Shown here piece after piece: positions 44,895 through 51,842 of a DNA stretch of 59,323 nt (positions are counted from its first letter, which is position 1; each line of letters opens with the position of its first letter). The DNA comes from an uncultured Pseudomonadota bacterium (GTDB lineage Bacteria > Pseudomonadota > Alphaproteobacteria > Rs-D84). Made by a program: the position numbers and the translations under genes. The notes below the pieces were generated by a model. The model was given only the letters and a program-made list of their open reading frames with translations. It had not been told where the DNA came from and made no database searches. Location: assembly GCA_949288265.1 (NCBI GenBank), contig CASEJM010000024.1, positions 1 to 59,323 of the forward strand. Direction: 5' to 3'.

Positions 44895-45455
44895 ATGTAT
44901 ATTTTAAATGCGATAAAGAAATTTAAATTTCTGGGTTTGCTATGTGCCTGTGTAATAGGAATTGTTGTTATGCCAAATAAGGCCGCTTTGGGGGCATGGA
45001 CATATTGTGATGATTGCTATAAGTGTGTGCTTTGGGATTCTACATTTGGATGTCTAAAGTGTGAATATGATGAAGCTTATTGTGGAAGTGAAGGGGCGTG
45101 TACAGGAAATCAAGTATGGGATCCTGTTTTAGAAAAATGTGTGTGTGATCCTTATCCTATGTGTATGGAAGGCCAGATTGTAAATGAAGAAACTTGTGAG
45201 TGTGAGGGTGAGCCAGGTGGCGAAGTGGCTTTTTGCGAAGACGGTTTTTATTCTGCAAATGGCGAATGTTTACCTTGCCCGGTTGTAGATAACTTTACCG
45301 TTATAAATAGTGTTTATCCATGTGGTGGACCACATATTGCGGAAGATATGCTAGATTCTATATTAGGGTGCTTTTATGGTGGCGGCGGAAGTTGTACATA
45401 TGATGACAATTCCGGTACATTTATATTTACAGATAACTGTTTTTATTCAGAATAG
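44895..45455 (+). CDS. Secreted cysteine-rich protein, paralog of 16822-17370
   Basis: Signal/TM segment, more than 25 Cys, CEDGFYSANGECLPCP (C-x2-G-x-Y...C-x2-C), and a C-terminal ..DDNSGTFIFTDNCFYSE tail. Confidence 0.6.
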   Translation: MYILNAIKKFKFLGLLCACVIGIVVMPNKAALGAWTYCDDCYKCVLWDSTFGCLKCEYDEAYCGSEGACTGNQVWDPVLEKCVCDPYPMCMEGQIVNEETCECEGEPGGEVAFCEDGFYSANGECLPCPVVDNFTVINSVYPCGGPHIAEDMLDSILGCFYGGGGSCTYDDNSGTFIFTDNCFYSE

Positions 45456-45473
45456 TGGAATAAGCAAGTTTAT

Positions 45474-45502
45474 TTGACATTATTGGTTTTAAGTACTAAC
45501 AT
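45474..45502 (+). promoter_or_regulatory. Sigma70-like promoter (TTGACA-17-TAACAT) for the thrS leader
   Basis: Consensus -35. The -10 ends 9 nt before the leader ATG at 45512. Confidence 0.45.
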
Positions 45503-45511
45503 TGATTTATC

Positions 45512-45568
45512 ATGAATAGGTTTATTGTATTTTTTGCTACAACTACAACAACCCCCACGGGGGTGTAG
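45512..45568 (+). promoter_or_regulatory. Candidate thrS leader peptide ORF with a Thr-codon run
   Basis: Encodes MNRFIVFFATTTTTPTGV*. ACA ACT ACA ACA ACC CCC ACG is followed by a C5/G5 hairpin at 45551-45564, and a second hairpin lies at 45577-45592. Confidence 0.55.
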
Positions 45569-45649
45569 ATTCTATTTGCGGTTTTAACCGCACAGTGTAA
45601 TAATCAATAACAATTTAATTTTATTTATATAAATAAAAAGGTTTTTATT

Positions 45650-47383
45650 ATGGCATATCCTATTGAAACGATTCGTCATTCTTTGGCGCATGTTATGGCG
45701 GCAGCAGTACAAAAACTGTATCCAGATGTAAAATTTGCTGGGGGACCGGCGATTGAAAACGGGTTCTATTACGACTTTGATACGGAACATAGATTTTCTG
45801 AGGAAGATTTTGAGAAAATAGAACAAGAAATGCGTTCACTGATCAAATCAAATGGTCGATTTGAACAACGTAACGTATCTTTGGAAGAAGCAAAACAAAT
45901 TTTTGCCGATCAACCGTATAAGATGGAATGGTTGAACGAATATGATGCCGCGGGGGAACAGTTGTCTATATATACTTTCCGCGACTTCATAGACTTATGT
46001 CGCGGACCGCACGTTGAAAGCTCAAAAGACTTGCCACGCGATTCGTTTAAGGTTCGCAATGTTGCGGGGGCGTATTGGAAAGGCGATGCAAAAAATAAAA
46101 TGTTGCAACGTATTTATGTAGACGCGTTTGCTTCTAAAGAAGAATTAGAACAATTCTTAAAAATGCAAGAAGAAGCTGCAGGACGTGATAATCGTAAGTT
46201 AGGTAAAGATATGGATTTATTCCATTTTGAACCAGATTATGCACCAGGGGCGGTATTCTGGCATGATAAGGGATATAAAATTTACCGTAAATTAATTGAA
46301 TATATCCGTCATCGTCAGGAAAAAGCAGGATATTTAGAAATTTCTACTCCGTCCGTTATGGATCGTTCTTTATGGGAACGTAGCGGTCACTGGGCTAAAT
46401 ATGGTGAACATAATTATTCTGGTAAAACTCAGGATGGTAAAACTTTCTGCGTAAAACCAATGTCTTGCCCAGGCGGAATGTTAGTATTTGGTCAGGGAAT
46501 TAAGTCTTATAAAGATTTGCCTATGTATTTGGCCGAGTTTGGTAAAGTTAATCGTTATGAAACTGCTGGTAGTCTGTCTGGGTTGATGCGCGTTCGTGAA
46601 TTTACTCAAGATGATGCTCATATTTTCTGCACGGAAGAGCAATTAGAATCCGAAGTCGTAAAAGTGTTGCGTTTTATTAAAGATATTTATGGTAAGTTTG
46701 GCTTTGATAAGATTTCTATGAAACTAGCAACCCGTAAAGAATCTGAATTTCGTATAGGGTCTGATGAAATATGGGACAAAGCAGAAGGGGCTTTAAAACA
46801 TGCGTTGGATGCAAATGGAATTGAATACGAAATTGCAGAAGGTGATGCAGCATTCTATGGACCGAAAATTGATAATTACTTGAAAGATGCGCTGGGGCGT
46901 ACATGGCAGTGTGGCACAGTACAATTAGACATGAATTTACCGGAAAGATTTGATTTGTCTTATATCGGTGAAGACGGTGAAAAGCACCGTCCAATTATGT
47001 TGCATCGTGCTATGTTAGGATCTATTGAACGTTTTATGGCGATATTGTTAGAATCAACCGGTGGAAACTTGCCTTTGTGGTTGTCACCAGAACCGGTTGT
47101 TGTTACCCCTATTTCTGAAAAGTTCCGTGATTATGCAGAAGCTATAGTTGATGCTTTGCATGATGCTGGTATATATGCACGGGCTGATTTACGTGACGAG
47201 AAGGTTAATTATAAAATCCGTGAATTATCTTTGGCAAAAACACCAATTATCGCGGTGGTTGGTGAAAAAGAAATGGCGGACAAAACCGTAACTTTACGTC
47301 GTCTTGGGGTAGAAAAGCAGGAAGTAGTAAAACTGGATGACTTTATATCTCAGATGAAAGACGCGGTAAAGATGCCGGCATAA
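45650..47383 (+). CDS. thrS: Threonyl-tRNA synthetase (no N-terminal TGS domain)
   Basis: Starts at the editing domain (IRHSLAHVMAAAVQ..YP......GP.IENGFYYDFD). It has the class II core and an anticodon-binding domain. Length is 577 aa. Confidence 0.95.
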   Translation: MAYPIETIRHSLAHVMAAAVQKLYPDVKFAGGPAIENGFYYDFDTEHRFSEEDFEKIEQEMRSLIKSNGRFEQRNVSLEEAKQIFADQPYKMEWLNEYDAAGEQLSIYTFRDFIDLCRGPHVESSKDLPRDSFKVRNVAGAYWKGDAKNKMLQRIYVDAFASKEELEQFLKMQEEAAGRDNRKLGKDMDLFHFEPDYAPGAVFWHDKGYKIYRKLIEYIRHRQEKAGYLEISTPSVMDRSLWERSGHWAKYGEHNYSGKTQDGKTFCVKPMSCPGGMLVFGQGIKSYKDLPMYLAEFGKVNRYETAGSLSGLMRVREFTQDDAHIFCTEEQLESEVVKVLRFIKDIYGKFGFDKISMKLATRKESEFRIGSDEIWDKAEGALKHALDANGIEYEIAEGDAAFYGPKIDNYLKDALGRTWQCGTVQLDMNLPERFDLSYIGEDGEKHRPIMLHRAMLGSIERFMAILLESTGGNLPLWLSPEPVVVTPISEKFRDYAEAIVDALHDAGIYARADLRDEKVNYKIRELSLAKTPIIAVVGEKEMADKTVTLRRLGVEKQEVVKLDDFISQMKDAVKMPA

Positions 47384-47393
47384 ATAAAAAAAT

Positions 47394-47416
47394 ATGGCGC
47401 GTTTTAAACGCGCCAT
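47394..47416 (+). terminator. Hairpin terminator after thrS
   Basis: ATGGCGCG-TTTTAAA-CGCGCCAT. The T tract is weak. Confidence 0.5.
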
Positions 47417-47446
47417 TATAATATAATTAAAACAAAGGAAGCTAAA

Positions 47447-47590
47447 ATGAAGAAAGCGGTTTTATTAGCGGCAATATTTATAATGCCGATGATGGTATCT
47501 GCGTGTGCGTCTAAATGCGAAACGGAACCTATTGTAGAAGAAAATCATAAATTAATTGTCCCACCAAATTTCGGACAGATGCCAAAGTAA
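47447..47590 (+). CDS. Small lipoprotein (47 aa, DUF3035-like C-terminal VPPxF motif), not in the ORF track
   Basis: Encodes MKKAVLLAAIFIMPMMVSAC|ASKCETEPIVEENHKLIVPPNFGQMPK*, with lipobox VSAC and an AAGGAAG SD. Confidence 0.6.
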   Translation: MKKAVLLAAIFIMPMMVSACASKCETEPIVEENHKLIVPPNFGQMPK

Positions 47591-47596
47591 TTATAT

Positions 47597-47605
47597 TGAT
47601 ATAAT
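47597..47605 (+). promoter_or_regulatory. Extended -10 promoter (TGaTATAAT), distal copy
   Basis: TTATATTGATATAAT. Confidence 0.35.
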
Positions 47606-47627
47606 CTTTGGAAAATACGGTTTTTTA

Positions 47628-47636
47628 TGATATAAT
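47628..47636 (+). promoter_or_regulatory. Extended -10 promoter (TGaTATAAT), proximal copy
   Basis: TTTTTTATGATATAAT lies 29 nt upstream of the ATG at 47666, with a GGGGGA SD. Confidence 0.45.
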
Positions 47637-47665
47637 TAATTATAAAGAACTATGGGGGAATCCTG

Positions 47666-48475
47666 ATGAATAACGACGATAATTTAGATTTATTGGATTT
47701 AAATGATGATGCAGATTCAATAGATGCATTACCTGATGCTGCGCCTTTTGCAACACCGCGACCAAAAAAACCATGGTTATTGATGGGGGTAGGGGTGCTG
47801 ATCATAATATTGGCGACATATGTAATAATTCGCATAGTCGGTGGGGATTCCGCTTCTACTATGGAAGTTAACTTAGACGCACCTGCTGTAGTGGTTGAGG
47901 GCGCTGATCCGAATGCACCTTTGGTGGTTGGACCCGCACCAGATATTCATCCAGTACCGCAACAACCTGTAAATGTAGTACCTGCACCACAACCGGTACC
48001 ACAGCAACCTGCCGTAGAACCTACGCCGGTGGCACCACAACCAGTTGTGCAGAATGCTACCCCGGGGGTTCCTGTGCGCGTTATAGATGATAGAAAGGAC
48101 GTTACATTTAATCCGAATAAAGTTGCAGATAAGCAGCCTGTAAAATCAAGCCCTAAAAAATCTGTGACGAAATCGGCTTCTCAGCCGGCACGTCGTACAC
48201 AAACACAACGTGCGCAGACGGCTCCGAAAGCTTCGGCTTGGTATGCCCAGATTGGTTCGTATAGTACAAGGGCTTTGGCAGAATCTGGTCAGCGTAAATT
48301 ACAGAATTCTCATAAAACTTTGTTCTCTGGACATCAACCGGTAATTTTGGCGGCTGTGTTGCCAAATGGTACGACTGCCTATAGATTACGCGTCGGTTTT
48401 AATGCGGCTGCAGACGCTAATAATTTCTGTCGAAATGCAAAGGCCGATGGTTTAGAGTGTTATGTAACAAAGTAA
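47666..48475 (+). CDS. SPOR-domain protein (N-terminal TM, Pro-rich linker, C-terminal SPOR)
   Basis: The C-terminus AWYAQIGSYSTRALAE........L......AYRLRVGF....A..FC...K..G..C.V is a SPOR fold signature. Confidence 0.8.
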   Translation: MNNDDNLDLLDLNDDADSIDALPDAAPFATPRPKKPWLLMGVGVLIIILATYVIIRIVGGDSASTMEVNLDAPAVVVEGADPNAPLVVGPAPDIHPVPQQPVNVVPAPQPVPQQPAVEPTPVAPQPVVQNATPGVPVRVIDDRKDVTFNPNKVADKQPVKSSPKKSVTKSASQPARRTQTQRAQTAPKASAWYAQIGSYSTRALAESGQRKLQNSHKTLFSGHQPVILAAVLPNGTTAYRLRVGFNAAADANNFCRNAKADGLECYVTK

Positions 48476-48492
48476 TTATAAGGGGTAGATAA

Positions 48493-48759
48493 ATGTTTGG
48501 ACGGTTTGGTTGGGCGGAGATACTTGTTGTTGTCGTTTTAGTTTTAATTTTGTTCGGACATAACAAAATACCAGGCATGATGAAAAATCTTGCAGATGGA
48601 ATAAACGTCTTTAAGAAAGAATTAAAGACTAAAGAAGATTCGAAAAGCGTGACTGAAAAAAAAGATGACAATAAAAAATCTGTTTCAACATCGAAAAAAA
48701 GTACAGCTAAAAAAACGGTAAAGAAAAAAACTAAAGTTAGCGTGGTTAAGCAAAAATAA
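48493..48759 (+). CDS. tatA: Twin-arginine translocase subunit TatA/E
   Basis: MFGRFGWAEILVVVVLVLILFG.NKIP, followed by an amphipathic helix and a Lys-rich tail. Confidence 0.85.
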   Translation: MFGRFGWAEILVVVVLVLILFGHNKIPGMMKNLADGINVFKKELKTKEDSKSVTEKKDDNKKSVSTSKKSTAKKTVKKKTKVSVVKQK

Positions 48760-48798
48760 ATGAATTTCGGTGTTAAGAAATTGGAATTTATATAATTT

Positions 48799-48826
48799 AA
48801 AAGACCGGCATTTACCGGTCTTTTTT
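48799..48826. terminator. Bidirectional hairpin terminator (tatA / dksA convergent)
   Basis: AAAGACCGG-CATTTA-CCGGTCTTT with A/T runs on both sides. Confidence 0.7.
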
Positions 48827-48846
48827 ATATTAAGTTGTTAATATCG

Positions 48847-49275
48847 TTAACTACGTTTTTCGTGTTCTTCCTGTTCGTCAATTGTCATTGTTGCCAAAGG
48901 ACGAGCCAGCATACGAGAAATACCAATTTCTTCACCAGAAACAACGCTGTAACCGAAAGAACCATTTTCTATTCTTTCTAGTGCCGCATTTATTTTTTTT
49001 AATAAGTTATTATCTCGTTCAGACATACGTAAATTCATAGTAATTTCTTGCTCGAACGTAGCGTTGTCCGATTCGTCGCCAACACCGGCACTGTCATTCT
49101 TTTCGGCCATACGTACGGCACTTAAAGTAGAATTTGCATCATGTAACAATTCTTCTTTTTGCGCCATCAGTAATTGATAAAAATATGCTAATTGCTGTGG
49201 GCACATGTAAGGTTCAGATTTTTTCGGCACATATTTTGCCGGTAATTCAATATTTTTATAATTTTGTACTGCCAT
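48847..49275 (-). CDS. dksA: DksA-family RNA polymerase-binding regulator lacking the Cys4 zinc finger
   Basis: Coiled-coil tip DESDNAT (DxxDxA). The C-terminal FGYSVVSGEEIG...ARP.AT.TIDEQ has Ser/Ser/Thr/Glu where the E. coli DksA cysteines sit. Confidence 0.8.
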   Translation of the reverse strand: MAVQNYKNIELPAKYVPKKSEPYMCPQQLAYFYQLLMAQKEELLHDANSTLSAVRMAEKNDSAGVGDESDNATFEQEITMNLRMSERDNNLLKKINAALERIENGSFGYSVVSGEEIGISRMLARPLATMTIDEQEEHEKRS

Positions 49276-49277
49276 CT

Positions 49278-49598
49278 TTAGGATCCTTTTATTTCACGTA
49301 TCCAATCCATAAGAGTCTCTTCGTCCATTAAACCTGTACGAGCCTCTATTAATTCACCGTTTTTAAATGCCAATACGCTTGGTATGCTACGAATACCAAA
49401 TTTTGCCGGCGTACGGCGGTTTGATTCGTCAATTTCAAATTTAACGAAAGTAACGTCCTGAACTTTTTCAGAGGCAGATTCAAATATTGGACCAAACATA
49501 CGGCATGGACCGCACCAATGTGCCCAGAAATCTACCAACGCAATGCCAGAATTCGTTAACGATTCAAAGTTTGCGTCGTTTGCGTGTTCCAAAGCCAT
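49278..49598 (-). CDS. trxA: Thioredoxin
   Basis: WAHWCGPC active site. Length is 106 aa. Confidence 0.95.
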   Translation of the reverse strand: MALEHANDANFESLTNSGIALVDFWAHWCGPCRMFGPIFESASEKVQDVTFVKFEIDESNRRTPAKFGIRSIPSVLAFKNGELIEARTGLMDEETLMDWIREIKGS

Positions 49599-49615
49599 TT
49601 TTAACTCCTTCCTTG

Positions 49616-49643
49616 TTGATATTTTTCACGAGTGTATTATAAT
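49616..49643 (+). promoter_or_regulatory. Sigma70-like promoter (TTGATA-16-TATAAT) for the suf genes
   Basis: Hexamers lie in the 73-nt trxA/sufS divergent spacer. Confidence 0.45.
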
Positions 49644-49671
49644 CGCCACAAAATGCAAGAGAAATCATAAA

Positions 49672-50814
49672 ATGAATAATATCATATACTTAGATGCTGC
49701 TGCTTCGGCACTTAAACCCGAATCTGTAATAAAAGCAGAAATGAACTTTCTGCAGAATTCATATGCTAATGCGGGAAGAGGGGTTTGCTCTCGTGCTGTG
49801 AACGTTGATGCAACTGTGGCTCGCGTTCGTAAAAAAGTTGCTGATTTCATAGGCGCTGAATCTGAAACTCAGATCATTTTCACGTCTGGTACTACTGACG
49901 GTATGAACAGAATCGCAAGAATAATTAACGATTCTGTTTGTGGCGAAAATCTGAAAAACAAAACCATTATGGTATCAGATTTGGACCATCATTCGGCTCG
50001 ACTGCCGTTTGAGGTTTTATGGGATTCTGTTGGGTGTAAAATCGTTCTGTGTCCGATGGACAAAGAATACAATTTGACATGTTCAGATTTACCACGGGCT
50101 GATGTTTTTGTAATAACAGCTATGTCAAATGTTTTAGGCATTGCACAAGACGTTTCTGGTTTGATTTCTGCGGCACGTAAAAAAAATCCAAATGTAATTA
50201 CTATTGTTGATGCTGCGCAATATGTCGTGCATGAAAAAATTGACGTGCAAAAGTGGAATTGTGATTTTATGTGTTTTTCTGCGCATAAAATAGGGGCTGA
50301 TACGGGACTTGGTATTTTGTATATGAAAGAACCTGACCGTTGGGTGTCGCCGGATAAATTCGGTGGCGGTATGGTGTCCAGAATAATTGGCAGTGCTGCT
50401 TCACATAGTTATGATATTAAATGGGAACCAGCACCAGCTAAGTTTGAAGCGGGTACATTGCCGCTGACTCAAATAATTGGATTAGAACAGGCGATTGACC
50501 ATTTGATTTCGCATCGACCAAATTTAGATTTAATAAAATATTTACATGATAGATTTTCAAAAAATGAAAATATTAAAATAATTACTAGTCGCGATTCTAC
50601 TATGTTCACCTTTTACCCGAAAAATATGCATATATTAGACTTTGGGATAATGGCGGGTACAATGGGATTATGTTTGCGGGTCGGCAATATGTGTGCTGGG
50701 TGGTTGCATAATTTAATGGGGTTGGCTGGTACAGCAAGAATTTCTGTTGGTTATTGGAATACAAAGGATGACGTTGAAAAAGCGGCAAAAATTATAGAAA
50801 AAGTGGTTAATTAA
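49672..50814 (+). CDS. sufS: Cysteine desulfurase (SufS/class V aminotransferase)
   Basis: IYLDAAAS, the PLP-lysine motif FSAHKIG, and the active-site Cys in RVGNMCAG. I prefer the ATG at 49672, because the ORF-track start at 49543 overlaps trxA. Confidence 0.8.
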   Translation: MNNIIYLDAAASALKPESVIKAEMNFLQNSYANAGRGVCSRAVNVDATVARVRKKVADFIGAESETQIIFTSGTTDGMNRIARIINDSVCGENLKNKTIMVSDLDHHSARLPFEVLWDSVGCKIVLCPMDKEYNLTCSDLPRADVFVITAMSNVLGIAQDVSGLISAARKKNPNVITIVDAAQYVVHEKIDVQKWNCDFMCFSAHKIGADTGLGILYMKEPDRWVSPDKFGGGMVSRIIGSAASHSYDIKWEPAPAKFEAGTLPLTQIIGLEQAIDHLISHRPNLDLIKYLHDRFSKNENIKIITSRDSTMFTFYPKNMHILDFGIMAGTMGLCLRVGNMCAGWLHNLMGLAGTARISVGYWNTKDDVEKAAKIIEKVVN

Positions 50815-50815
50815 A

Positions 50816-51133
50816 ATGGCTGCGTTGACAAAAGAAAATGTTATAGAAGTTTTAAAGACTATATATGATCCTGAAATACCAGTAAATATTTGGGAATTGG
50901 GCTTGATATATGATATTTCTATATCTGATTTAGAAGTTAATGTCAAAATGACTTTCACAAGTCCCACTTGTCCGATGATGGAAGAATTATTACAGCAGGT
51001 TCATGATAGCGTTTCCGCTATATCTGGTGGTCGTGATGTAAAAATTGATTTAGTTTGGGATCCACCTTGGGATTTAACACGTATGTCCGATAAGGCGCGT
51101 ATAGAGTTAGATTTAACAGAGCAGGGGTGGTAA
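50816..51133 (+). CDS. sufT: Fe-S assembly protein, DUF59/SufT family
   Basis: IYDPEIPVNIWELGLIY...TFTSPTCP pattern. Confidence 0.75.
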   Translation: MAALTKENVIEVLKTIYDPEIPVNIWELGLIYDISISDLEVNVKMTFTSPTCPMMEELLQQVHDSVSAISGGRDVKIDLVWDPPWDLTRMSDKARIELDLTEQGW

Positions 51134-51139
51134 AATAAA

Positions 51140-51502
51140 ATGCAATATGCGGAAATGAAAAATATTTTATCACTAATATCAAATCCAGTTGATAAATTAG
51201 AAATGGTAATGGATTTCGGTAAGCGTATGCCGGAAGTCCCAAAAGATGCTATTTGTAATGAAATTGATGGTTGTGCGTCTTATGCCGAGATTTGTTATAA
51301 AGGTACGAATTTTTATGGGCGTGCCGATTCGGTATTAGTCCGTGGAATTGTCGCAATAATTACAGCAATGGTTGACGGGAAAACGCCTGAAGAAATAAAA
51401 AATATGGATTTATTAGGTGAGTTTTCTTCACTGAATATTAATCTTGGAACCGGTAGATTAGGTGGTGTTAATTCTATGATTAGTTTTTTGCAGAATTTGT
51501 GA
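51140..51502 (+). CDS. sufE: SufE-like sulfur acceptor
   Basis: The size and the motif ..EIDGCASYAEI.. (Cys loop) fit, along with suf gene context. Confidence 0.65.
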   Translation: MQYAEMKNILSLISNPVDKLEMVMDFGKRMPEVPKDAICNEIDGCASYAEICYKGTNFYGRADSVLVRGIVAIITAMVDGKTPEEIKNMDLLGEFSSLNINLGTGRLGGVNSMISFLQNL

Positions 51503-51536
51503 TAAGATTACTATGAATAATGGCGAGCGTTAAAAA

Positions 51537-51839
51537 ATGGGCGAATCAAAGAAGATGTTACATATAGGTTTCTGGGCAGTTTGCTTGGCGTTTATGCTGT
51601 CTGCTGTGTTACAAGTATGTTATCGTACACAAAATAAAGTTCGTAATCGTGTTCGATCCGCAATAGTTCAGACTCAGCAGGATATTGCTGTCGCCCAGGC
51701 CGATTTTGCATCATATGTCAGACCGGAAATTTTGCGTAATATAGTGACAAGTGTTTATCCAAAAGCAGAAGCTATAGGGTATAGAAAACATATATCTGTT
51801 TATGATTTACCTGTAAAAGAAGAACTCGCCCAGAAATAA
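51537..51839 (+). CDS. Probable cell-division protein FtsL (alphaproteobacterial type)
   Basis: 100 aa with a single TM followed by a coiled-coil-like segment. It lies directly upstream of ftsI. Confidence 0.45.
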   Translation: MGESKKMLHIGFWAVCLAFMLSAVLQVCYRTQNKVRNRVRSAIVQTQQDIAVAQADFASYVRPEILRNIVTSVYPKAEAIGYRKHISVYDLPVKEELAQK

Positions 51840-51842
51840 GCA

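Noticed and set aside
45577-45592. Hairpin GCGGTT-TT-AACCGC after the thrS leader ORF, considered as a classical intrinsic attenuator terminator.
   Set aside because: No U tract follows it (ACAGTGTAATAA...). I therefore keep it only as a structural element of the leader and do not call it a terminator. The same applies to 15571-15586 in the serS leader.
47941-48050. Repeated CCx/CAA-rich segment (PVPQQP-type repeats).
   Set aside because: This is the Pro/Gln-rich linker of the SPOR-domain protein and is ordinary for this class.
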